NCBI GenBank assembly: GCA_964441275.1
Contig: CAYTUG010000006.1
Coordinates: forward strand, 11,739 to 75,738
Source of the DNA: an uncultured Christensenellaceae bacterium
GTDB taxonomy: Bacteria; Bacillota; Clostridia; Christensenellales; SZUA-584
Length of the DNA: 64,000 nt
Reading direction: 5' to 3'
Each line of letters begins with the position of its first letter. Within the stretch, counting starts at the first letter, position 1. The translations under genes were made by a program, and so were the position numbers. Shown here in pieces: positions 8,944 to 16,954 of the stretch. Below the pieces are notes generated by a model, which did not search any database, was not told the DNA's origin, and saw nothing but the letters and a program-made list of their open reading frames with translations.

Positions 8944-9557
8944 TGTTTATCCTCCTTGTTGACCGAATTATCAGAGGAAGGGCTAACGGGGCTGCTTTTT
9001 TTTTCATCTTCCTCAACAGTTGCATTTCCGGAAAGCGATTTGTGCAAAGATGCGGTTATGCTAAAAGAGTTGGTTTCCTCCAACCGGGTGCTGCTTGTTA
9101 TAAAGACGTCGCTAAACATATCCGACTGGCGAAGTTTAAGGCAAAAAGCGGCCACTGCGCCATCGTTTTGCGCAAACCCCGACAAACCAACTAAGTTATC
9201 CGAAAATTCGATCAGAGTAAGCACAGCCGTTTGGGGAAGCGAGTTTTCAATAACGGAGAGGTAGAGCAAAATATCGGATCGGGAACCGTAAAGCGCCTCA
9301 AGCTGCGAGCGCCTGTTTACGCATAATGCGGCGGTTTTGGTTGTCTCTTCGAACGATTCTTCCGTTATGGTATAATTGCTAAGCGCATCTTGAAGCGCTT
9401 TGTTTTTCTCTTCCGCTTCGCTTCTTGCGCGGCCCGGGAGCATAACCGCCGCAATTATTACAACTACGAACAATGTCGCAAACAGAAAATAGCTGCGCTT
9501 TTTATCGCTTCCAATAGTGCTTTTTCTAACTGTTAAAAGATTTATATCGTTTTTCAT
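8940..9557 (-). CDS. pilN: Type IV pilus assembly protein PilN
   Basis: 205 aa. 'MKNDINLL' N-terminus followed by a TM helix. Overlaps both pilM and pilO by 4 nt. Confidence 0.75.
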   Translation of the reverse strand: MKNDINLLTVRKSTIGSDKKRSYFLFATLFVVVIIAAVMLPGRARSEAEEKNKALQDALSNYTITEESFEETTKTAALCVNRRSQLEALYGSRSDILLYLSVIENSLPQTAVLTLIEFSDNLVGLSGFAQNDGAVAAFCLKLRQSDMFSDVFITSSTRLEETNSFSITASLHKSLSGNATVEEDEKKSSPVSPSSDNSVNKEDKQ

Positions 9558-10588
9558 GGGAGTTCCTCCCTAAATGTCGCCGCGTATGCATTAAGAAGAT
9601 ATGAAAGCCCTTGGCCGGCAGTGCTCGATAAGAACAAGTCTTTCGCATCGTATACGGGCATATTATAATACTCTTCCATATATTCTTTAAGCCCGGGTAA
9701 TAAAGCGCCGCCTCCCGATGTATATATTTTTTTGACAGCGGATTTTGTACGAGTGCGGAAATAATCAAAAACGCGGTTAATCTCCAACAAAAGAGAATCA
9801 ACCTCGTAAGTCACCGCGGATTTTAGCTCGGTATCAGTATGCGGTTTTGTTAGAAGATTGACCTCTCGTTTAAACGATTCAGCTGCGATAATGTCTTTGC
9901 CTGAACTCTTTGCAATCGCTTCGGTTATTGTTTGGCCCGAGCGTTTAATTGTGTTGCTTACATAATAATTGCCGTTATGATACACGCTTGCGCGCGTGGT
10001 TTTTGAGCCGAAATCAAGTATGGCCACTCCTTCGTCAATCGAAAAACCATCATCGCGGGCCTTATTGTATTTCAACAATTTTTCCCGCGCATTTTCGCAA
10101 GTGTCAACAATCTTAAGTTTCAGTCCCGCTAATGACAGCACTTTTTTGAACTTGGCGATTATGCGTTGGTGGGCGGTGCACACTAACACCTTATACATTT
10201 CTATTCCGTCTTCTTTTATCGTTTCCGCTATTTTATAGTCAATATGATACTTATCGGGGCTGACCGGCAGGTAGCCCGACATTTCGTTAAGAATGTTCTG
10301 GTAAAGCTCTTCTTCGGGAAGAACCGGAAGCATAAAGTGGCGCGTGATAATATCGCTTCCGCTCAGAACGAGGGTGCATTTGCCCCCGGGCTGGCGCGCA
10401 ATTTTTTTTGCGCCTTTAAGCGATTTGACGAGAGCGTCATCATAGATGATGTTTAGATCCTCTATACAGCCTTCGGGCATCTTGTGCACCACAAACTTTG
10501 TTATAGTGCCGTTTGCGGCAGTCTGCACGATTTTTAGATTGGAGTGACCTATATCAAGCGATACGGCCGCTGTTTGCTTTACTGGCAT
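9554..10588 (-). CDS. pilM: Type IV pilus assembly protein PilM (actin-like ATPase fold)
   Basis: 344 aa with 'AVSLDIGHSNLKIV', 'ILDFGSKTTRASVY' and 'IYTSGGGALLPGL'. Confidence 0.85.
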   Translation of the reverse strand: MPVKQTAAVSLDIGHSNLKIVQTAANGTITKFVVHKMPEGCIEDLNIIYDDALVKSLKGAKKIARQPGGKCTLVLSGSDIITRHFMLPVLPEEELYQNILNEMSGYLPVSPDKYHIDYKIAETIKEDGIEMYKVLVCTAHQRIIAKFKKVLSLAGLKLKIVDTCENAREKLLKYNKARDDGFSIDEGVAILDFGSKTTRASVYHNGNYYVSNTIKRSGQTITEAIAKSSGKDIIAAESFKREVNLLTKPHTDTELKSAVTYEVDSLLLEINRVFDYFRTRTKSAVKKIYTSGGGALLPGLKEYMEEYYNMPVYDAKDLFLSSTAGQGLSYLLNAYAATFREELP

Positions 10589-10603
10589 TCATTCCTCCTT
10601 AAT

Positions 10604-12064
10604 TCATTGCCGTCCTACGGCATTAATGCTTTGACCGGTTATAACATCGGCGGTCACAACGGCGCTTGAGCCGCCTCCGGGGCTTTTCAAAAAGAAAGCG
10701 GTGCTCGGATCTGCCAAAAGGTTGTTTATAACCGACTGGCTGTAATTTACAGTCATATAACCGCTGCTTCCGGCGTAATAAACATCCCCCATGGAAAATA
10801 CGGCGCCGCTTATTGACGGGCTGCCGATAATTTGAATATCGCCCGCCGAAAAGAATATCCCCGAAGCGCTAAAACCGCCGAGTATAAGCGAGGTTGACGA
10901 ATAGATTACGCCGGCTGAACTAAGCTGTGTTAAAGTTATAGGACCTGCCGCGTACATGTTGCCAATGCTTGAGCCGCTTATAACATTGATGCTTCCGCCC
11001 ACTATTGCGGAACCTGTCATAGAAAAATTTGACGTTGTGAGGTTTCCGCCGCATGTAATGTTGGAGTGGTAGCTGCCCCCTTTTATGGTCACGTTTCCGC
11101 GGCAATAGATGTTGCCGTAAAAGGCGGCGCCTGAAAGATTCAAGTTGCCATCGCAGTAGATGTCCGCATATATATTTCCGCAGCTTGGAATGGTTAAATC
11201 GCCCCTGCAGTAAACGATAGATTTTCTATCGGCTATTCCGCTTCCGGAAATGGAGAAATTGATGCCGGGCGCGCCTGCAATACTTATTTGCGCTGTTGAA
11301 CCTGCGGTATAATTATAATTGTTCTGTGTGATATATACGTCTGGCGATGCAATCGAAGGCGTTTTGTAAGAAGGATATGAAAGCACATCCGACAGGGCGT
11401 TGCCCGCTGAAGGATCAATTATCAGCGAGCCCCCCGAGTGGTTAAAGCGAGACCACCATTGGCTTGCGTTGTCTTCTAAATAATCGCTGAGCATCACATT
11501 GCCGGTTACGTCCATACCGCGGCCCGGCGCTAAGTGCAGCTGGCCGCCAACAAACATTGCCCAGTTGTCGATAAACCACGTGCCTGACTGAAGATCGAGC
11601 CTTGTTACCTGTACGCTGCCTTTAACAATATAGCGTGCTCCGTCCGCTGTGGTCGATGTGGTGGTAACGTCAAATGTCTTATGATTAGGCTCGGCTCCCG
11701 AAACCGAGAACACAGTGGCGGTGTTGATGCTTTCAAACTTTGGCTCCTTGTACGAGAGCTGCGCGTTTGCATTTATGCCCGGGTAAAAATTAGAATGCAA
11801 CGAAGAATACGCCGCGCTGTCTGCGGATAACATTTGTGTGTAGTAACTTGACACTTCTTGTTTTAGGTGTTCAACAGCGCTGCTTGCGCCCGCCTCGGCG
11901 GCGTAATATGCATCGTTGTTGGTTGAATCGGCAACGTTCATCTTCAGTGTGCTAAGCGCCATTGCGGATACGGCAAGCCCGATAACTAAAAGGAAACTAA
12001 TAGTAACCACTGCGATAAGCAGTGCCGAACCGCGTTTGCCTGATATTTTTTGTTTGTTTTTCAT
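10604..12064 (-). CDS. PilK/PilX/GspK-like minor pilin with C-terminal beta-helical repeat domain
   Basis: Prepilin-like leader 'KISGKRG|SALLIAVVTISFLLVIGLAVSAMAL' with no Glu5, as in GspK/PilX_N. The C-terminal ~150 aa is made of 17-18-residue repeats. ATG at 12064 preferred (RBS AAAGGAG 9 nt upstream); the ORF track uses TTG at 12070. Confidence 0.7.
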   Translation of the reverse strand: MKNKQKISGKRGSALLIAVVTISFLLVIGLAVSAMALSTLKMNVADSTNNDAYYAAEAGASSAVEHLKQEVSSYYTQMLSADSAAYSSLHSNFYPGINANAQLSYKEPKFESINTATVFSVSGAEPNHKTFDVTTTSTTADGARYIVKGSVQVTRLDLQSGTWFIDNWAMFVGGQLHLAPGRGMDVTGNVMLSDYLEDNASQWWSRFNHSGGSLIIDPSAGNALSDVLSYPSYKTPSIASPDVYITQNNYNYTAGSTAQISIAGAPGINFSISGSGIADRKSIVYCRGDLTIPSCGNIYADIYCDGNLNLSGAAFYGNIYCRGNVTIKGGSYHSNITCGGNLTTSNFSMTGSAIVGGSINVISGSSIGNMYAAGPITLTQLSSAGVIYSSTSLILGGFSASGIFFSAGDIQIIGSPSISGAVFSMGDVYYAGSSGYMTVNYSQSVINNLLADPSTAFFLKSPGGGSSAVVTADVITGQSINAVGRQ

Positions 12065-12083
12065 ACCCAATACTCCTTTGACG

Positions 12084-12488
12084 TTATTTCGCCAATGAAA
12101 GAGACGTTTGCAATGTAGCGCCTTTTGTGTTTTTAATCGTTAAGTTAAGCAGCAATGCGTCTTTATCGATTTCCGCTTCAAACACCGTTATCCGCTCTGC
12201 AATCGCAGTATTGTTTTTAAGTACGCTTTGACCGCTTAAGGCATAAGTGTTGTTGCCTACTGTTAACGAATCGCCTTTCGCTTCTATTGCGTTAATGTCG
12301 GTAAGCCGAATGCTGTTTGTGATGTCGGAAAAAACCTGCCTTAGGCCTTGCTGTTCGTCTGCGGAAGATGTCTCTATTGTATAAAGTGTTAATCCCTGGC
12401 CTAAAAGAGTAAACATCAAGGCGGCGACAGCAGCGAAGATTGTCGCCACAAGCAGTACTTCAATTAACGTAAACCCCTTTTTGCCCAT
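12084..12488 (-). CDS. Minor pilin (prepilin-type N-terminal cleavage/methylation domain)
   Basis: 134 aa with leader 'MGKKG|FTLIEVLLVATIFAAVAALMF'. Confidence 0.8.
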   Translation of the reverse strand: MGKKGFTLIEVLLVATIFAAVAALMFTLLGQGLTLYTIETSSADEQQGLRQVFSDITNSIRLTDINAIEAKGDSLTVGNNTYALSGQSVLKNNTAIAERITVFEAEIDKDALLLNLTIKNTKGATLQTSLSLAK

Positions 12489-12497
12489 AATAATCTC

Positions 12498-13238
12498 TTA
12501 GTTTTTAATAGATATATACGCCTGCGCCGTGCCCACGGGGGTGTTGGATTCGGTTGTATCGTACACATTTGCCTTCACATTTATCAACGATGAAGTTCCC
12601 GTGATTATATCTACATGTTTTTTAACATTTGCGGCATCCGCGACTATCGAAACGCTGTCCTTGTTGGCGCGGGTACAGTAAGCTATCGCTTTGCAGCCCT
12701 GACCAAGCGTAATGGTAGGGGACGCGCTTGTTTCAGGCTTGAGAACAGCATTAACAATCAGCGTACAGTTAGCTTGCTCACAGCTGCCGGAAATCTGCGT
12801 TCCGTCGCCGTCTAAAGTATAAACGCCGCCCGAAACGCTCAGCGATATATTAGAGGGTACGGAGCCAAAAAGCCGCCATGCGCCGTCAGGCATAACCGAA
12901 AGCATTTTACCGTCGCTTGAGAGTATCAAGTGCGCAAACCCGCAGGGGGCCGGGAATAAATCGCCCTGGTTGCCATAAGGCAATATTGTTGCGCTAAGAT
13001 AATACCCGTTAACAAGCTGTTTATTCGGCAGGCTGCTTAAAGCCTGTTTGTACGAAGAAGAGTACAGCTGCTCAATATAGTTCTGCGCGATATAGTTGGC
13101 GTTAAGAACGTTGCGGGCGACTACATCCGTTTTTACTGCCTGAACAAATATGCCAAGCAGCGGAAGCGCAACCAGGCTAAATATAAACACAGCCAACAGC
13201 ACCTCTAATAGAGTATAAGCTTTATTGTTTTTTCTCAT
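12498..13238 (-). CDS. Minor pilin (prepilin-type N-terminal domain, PilV-like)
   Basis: 246 aa with leader 'MRKNNKA|YTLLEVLLAVFIFSLVALPLLGIF'. Confidence 0.75.
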   Translation of the reverse strand: MRKNNKAYTLLEVLLAVFIFSLVALPLLGIFVQAVKTDVVARNVLNANYIAQNYIEQLYSSSYKQALSSLPNKQLVNGYYLSATILPYGNQGDLFPAPCGFAHLILSSDGKMLSVMPDGAWRLFGSVPSNISLSVSGGVYTLDGDGTQISGSCEQANCTLIVNAVLKPETSASPTITLGQGCKAIAYCTRANKDSVSIVADAANVKKHVDIITGTSSLINVKANVYDTTESNTPVGTAQAYISIKN

Positions 13239-14017
13239 AGCAACAGCCCAATATACCAGTCTATAAGTTCACTTCCTATAAAAATACTTATTAGTACGCC
13301 TAACGCGAGAAAAGGACCGAAAGGTATTTCATCTCCGCGCTTTTTGCGGCCTAATCCGATTAACAGAACGCTTGCGAGCGCACCCGCAACAAAACCAATT
13401 AGGTAAGCGGGGATTATCAGCTTCCAGCCAATGATTAAGCCGCAGAACGCCATCAGCTTGATGTCTCCGCCGCCCATCGCTTCTTTTTTAAGAAACAGCC
13501 GGGCCAAAAGCGCAATAAGCAAAAGGGGTACGCCGCCGGCGAAAAACCCGATAACATAATCGAGCCATGGCCCGAACGCCCCTGTTACTGCAGTGGCGAT
13601 AAGCTGCACAATACCCAAAACGAGCCCTAAGATAACCACTCCGTTGGGTATTATCATGTGCGAAAAATCAATGAACGCGGCTATAATAAGCAAACTGATA
13701 AGAGCCGCATACACGCCAAACGAAAAACTCATACCAAATTTTATATACAGCAACAGGTACAAAGCCCCTGTGAGCGCCTCGACTGCAGGATATACAGGCG
13801 ATATCCGCGCCTTGCATTTACGGCATTTGCCGCGCAGCAAAGCGTAGCCGGCAATCGGCAATAAATCGAATGCACCAAGCTTAGCGCCGCATTTGGGGCA
13901 CGATGAACGCTCGCGCACTATCGAACGCCCAAGTGGAAGCCTGTATATGCACACATTAAGAAAGCTGCCTATAAGCGTTCCAAATATAAAAATCAGCGTT
14001 CCTATCAATATTTCCAC
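13235..14017 (-). CDS. pilD: Prepilin peptidase (A24 family, PilD)
   Basis: 'GSFLNVCIYRLP...CPKCGAKL...CRKCKARI' is the Zn-ribbon; 'GGGDIKL' and 'PFGPFLALG' are the catalytic Asp motifs. GTG at 14017 follows an AGGAAA RBS; the ORF track extends to TTG at 14059. Confidence 0.9.
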   Translation of the reverse strand: MEILIGTLIFIFGTLIGSFLNVCIYRLPLGRSIVRERSSCPKCGAKLGAFDLLPIAGYALLRGKCRKCKARISPVYPAVEALTGALYLLLYIKFGMSFSFGVYAALISLLIIAAFIDFSHMIIPNGVVILGLVLGIVQLIATAVTGAFGPWLDYVIGFFAGGVPLLLIALLARLFLKKEAMGGGDIKLMAFCGLIIGWKLIIPAYLIGFVAGALASVLLIGLGRKKRGDEIPFGPFLALGVLISIFIGSELIDWYIGLLL

Positions 14018-14166
14018 GCTATTTCCTAACCCTGATTGATGTATATATATATACCACAAACTTCAAACACAAAACAAACGTTAAGCCCGCTAAGCAATTA
14101 ATTACACTGTTTACCGTTATACGCATGTAGTTTTATACTAAGACACATGCAATGTGTTGAACAAAG

Positions 14167-14196
14167 AAAAAGCGAAAGCAAAAATGCTCCGCTTTT
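14167..14196 (-). terminator. Weak hairpin plus T-tract downstream of pilA (possible attenuating terminator)
   Basis: On the minus strand: AAAAGCG..15 nt..CGCTTTT followed by TCTTTGTT. The stem is short and AT-rich. Confidence 0.3.
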
Positions 14197-14224
14197 ACTA
14201 ACATTTAAAGACTAAATTAGTGTG

Positions 14225-14578
14225 TTATGATGGTTTTGCTGCCGTGGCAACTCCGCTGCTGTCAACGGTTACCCAGACTAAAGCCTCTGTTTCTTTGTCA
14301 TCTTCCATTTGCGGCCACAGCGAAACCTCGGGGTCGGCCGTTAGTTTGCCTTTTGCCTCGCTCTTATCGGTTATCTCTTTGCCGGGGTTTAATGCATTAT
14401 AAACATTTATGGCTTGAGCGATCATTTTGGCATTGGACAGCGTTACGGAATCCTTAGCTTCATTGGACATGCCCGTAAAAGCCGGTACAGCTATCGCAGC
14501 TAAAATTGCGAGTATGGCTATTACCACGATAAGCTCAATAAGCGTAAAGCCCCTTTTGTCTTTTGCACGTTTAAACAT
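14225..14578 (-). CDS. pilA: Major type IV pilin
   Basis: 117 aa with leader 'MFKRAKDKRG|FTLIELIVVIAILAILAAIAVPAF'. Has its own flanking intergenic regions and a strong RBS (GGAAAGGAG). Confidence 0.9.
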   Translation of the reverse strand: MFKRAKDKRGFTLIELIVVIAILAILAAIAVPAFTGMSNEAKDSVTLSNAKMIAQAINVYNALNPGKEITDKSEAKGKLTADPEVSLWPQMEDDKETEALVWVTVDSSGVATAAKPS

Positions 14579-14676
14579 TAAATATACTCCTTTCCAAGTG
14601 TTTGTTATTTCATGATTATTTTTTGTTCATAGCAATTTATAAACAGCATTCAATTGAATTAAACATATTTAAAATA

Positions 14677-15888
14677 TTATATGCTCTTATACATTTCCAG
14701 CATAGGCAAAAGCACCGACAGTATGACCAGCAGCACTATTAACGCAACAAAAATAAGCAAAACGGGTTGAATTATGTTTACCAGCTTCGAGATAGCTATT
14801 TCGGACTCTTCTTCATAATATTGGGCTGTCTTTTCCAACATATAATCGAGCGTGCCCGCTTCTTCGCCTATTCTTGTCATTTGGATAAGCATATTAGGGA
14901 ATAAACTTGCCGTGGACAGCGAGGCGTGTAAAGTTCGCCCTTGCTTAATTTGGTCTTCCACATCGTTGAGCCTGTATTCCGCCAAACGGTTGCCTACAAC
15001 TTTAGAAGCTATGCGTAAAGATTGCGTTAAAGAGACTCCCGTCACGGTTAAAGTTGAAAGCGTTCGGCTAAACCGCGCGGCAAGCAGCTGGGTAATGGTG
15101 TTCTTTAGCACGGGAAACTTAAACTTGAGGCTGTCCAAGGAAAGCCTGCCTTTGTCGGATGACTTATATATTTTAAAAACCACTATTATCAGCACAAGCG
15201 CCCCAAACAGCAAAAGCCACCGTTCGCTTATAAAATCGCTAAACGCAAGCATCGCTACGGTAATAGCGGGCAAATCGGCGCCTGCGGAATCAAAAAACGT
15301 GCGAAAACTCGGTATGATAAACAGCAGCAAAAAGGCAACGACGAGCACCGACAAGCTAAGAACAATTAACGGATAAGTCATTGCGCTGCGAACGCGCCTT
15401 GCCAATTTATACTCGCGCTCAAAATGCGCCGCCAACCGCTCTAAGGACAAATCAAGCGTTCCGCTTAGCTCTCCTGCCTCAATCATTTTAACCATCAGGC
15501 TGGGAAGAGCGCGCTCGTGCATTGACAGCGCTTCCGACAGGCTTCTCCCGCGCTGCAAATCTTCGGTTACTTGTTGCAATATAGCTTTAAGTTTTAAATT
15601 GGCGGATTGCTCTTCCAACATCGTTAATGTTTGCACGAGGGGCACGCCCGCGCGAAGAATGCTTGCAAACTGCGTGCAAAAAAAAGCCAATACTCTCTTG
15701 GGTATCTTTGCCGAGCCAAGAGTGATGTCGGTAGAGCTTTTTGGGTATACTTCGGAAATTTCAATAAGGTATAGTGATTTCGCTCTAAGAGTATACACTA
15801 CTTCCTTGCGGTCGGACGCTTCTATTATACCTTCAACTGTTTGGCCCGCTTTGTTTGCAGCTTTATATGAGTATTTAATTATAACCAC
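14677..15888 (-). CDS. pilC: Type IV pilus platform protein PilC (GspF family)
   Basis: Two T2SSF repeats ('FCTQFASILRAGVPLVQTL', 'FSRTLSTLTVTGVSLTQSL'). The true start is uncertain: GTG at 15888 lies beside AAAGGAG, and the ORF-track extension to 15957 overlaps pilT and looks non-coding. Confidence 0.85.
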   Translation of the reverse strand: MVIIKYSYKAANKAGQTVEGIIEASDRKEVVYTLRAKSLYLIEISEVYPKSSTDITLGSAKIPKRVLAFFCTQFASILRAGVPLVQTLTMLEEQSANLKLKAILQQVTEDLQRGRSLSEALSMHERALPSLMVKMIEAGELSGTLDLSLERLAAHFEREYKLARRVRSAMTYPLIVLSLSVLVVAFLLLFIIPSFRTFFDSAGADLPAITVAMLAFSDFISERWLLLFGALVLIIVVFKIYKSSDKGRLSLDSLKFKFPVLKNTITQLLAARFSRTLSTLTVTGVSLTQSLRIASKVVGNRLAEYRLNDVEDQIKQGRTLHASLSTASLFPNMLIQMTRIGEEAGTLDYMLEKTAQYYEEESEIAISKLVNIIQPVLLIFVALIVLLVILSVLLPMLEMYKSI

Positions 15889-15904
15889 TCCTTTATATTC
15901 ACTA

Positions 15905-16954
15905 TTAAAGCAAAGAAGACAGATAATTTTTATCGATAGAATACGCAAGAGCGTCATCGCGGCTTATACGCCCCGTTTTATACAGGTTCGCCAAGGAATT
16001 ATCCATCAAAACGTTGCCTATGTTTGCCGCGCCCTGCATTGCCGATGCAACCTGATGCACTTTGCTTTCTCTTATCAAATTGCGTATGGCGTGGTTTACA
16101 ATAAGAGTTTCCACCGCTACAACCCGGGTTTTTTTGTCGGTTGAAAGTATAAGCTGCTGAGATATAACAGCCATAAGAGTCATTGAAAGCTGCAACCGTA
16201 TTTGCTGTTGCTGAAAAGGCGGAAACACGTCTATGACGCGGTCAATTGTTTTTGCCGCTCCGGTGGTGTGCAGGGTAGACAACACTAAATGCCCGGTTTC
16301 AGCGGCCGTTAAAGCGATGCTTATGGTTTCAAGGTCGCGCATTTCACCGATAAGTATTATGTCGGGGTCCTGGCGCATGGCGGCGCGCAGTGCGGTTGAA
16401 TAGCTGCATGAATCAACGCCTATTTCGCGCTGGTTAACCATACACTTTTTGTGCCGGTGCAGATACTCTATAGGATCTTCTAACGTCAGTATATGCGCGC
16501 TTCTCGTCTGGTTAACAACATCTATCATTGCAGCAAGCGTTGTAGATTTGCCGCTGCCGGTAGGACCTGTTACCAATATTAAACCGCGGTTTAAAGAGCA
16601 TAACGAGTTGACTACACCAGGCAACCCAAGCGTGTTGATATCCGGAGGGTTGTATTTTATAAGCCTCATAGCTATAGAAACGCTTTGCCGCTGCATATAT
16701 GCGTTTACGCGAAACCGATATCTTCCGGGGATAGAGAGCGAGAAGTCGCATTCGCCGTTTTGCTCGAACGCAGACCATTGTGTCTTGTCCATAACCTCTT
16801 TTGCTAAATTCCAAGACGTCTCGGGAGTGATTATTTCTTTGTCTATGGATACAAGTCCGTTGCTTACGCGCGCAATGGGGGGCAGGCCTACGCTTATGTG
16901 AAGATCGGATGCGCCGATAGCGGCCGCCTTTTCCATCAGCTCTGTAGTTTTCAT
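15905..16954 (-). CDS. pilT: Type IV pilus retraction ATPase PilT
   Basis: 349 aa with 'GASDLHISVGLPP', Walker A 'GPTGSGKSTT', 'ILIGEMRD' and 'TGHLVLSTLHT'. Confidence 0.9.
   Translation of the reverse strand: MKTTELMEKAAAIGASDLHISVGLPPIARVSNGLVSIDKEIITPETSWNLAKEVMDKTQWSAFEQNGECDFSLSIPGRYRFRVNAYMQRQSVSIAMRLIKYNPPDINTLGLPGVVNSLCSLNRGLILVTGPTGSGKSTTLAAMIDVVNQTRSAHILTLEDPIEYLHRHKKCMVNQREIGVDSCSYSTALRAAMRQDPDIILIGEMRDLETISIALTAAETGHLVLSTLHTTGAAKTIDRVIDVFPPFQQQQIRLQLSMTLMAVISQQLILSTDKKTRVVAVETLIVNHAIRNLIRESKVHQVASAMQGAANIGNVLMDNSLANLYKTGRISRDDALAYSIDKNYLSSLL

Noticed and set aside
11198-11206. RGD tripeptide in the PilK-like pilin (YCRGDLTIP)
   Set aside because: A three-residue motif occurs often by chance. 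The parallel rungs read CDGN and CRGN, so it is part of the repeat pattern rather than evidence for integrin binding.
14579-14676. Search for a c-di-GMP riboswitch upstream of pilA (and of pilB, 18652-18784), as in C. difficile pilA1
   Set aside because: These regions are short and AT-rich, with only promoter- or RBS-like elements. No conserved GEMM-I/II helices or motifs were recognisable by eye. A covariance-model scan (Rfam RF01051/RF01786) would be definitive.
15889-15957. Upstream extension of pilC overlapping the 3' end of pilT
   Set aside because: The extension is hydrophobic junk (MTLLRILSIKIICLLCFNSEYKG) that overlaps pilT by 53 nt. PilC homology begins at '(V)VIIKYSYKAANKAGQ', next to an AAAGGAG RBS.
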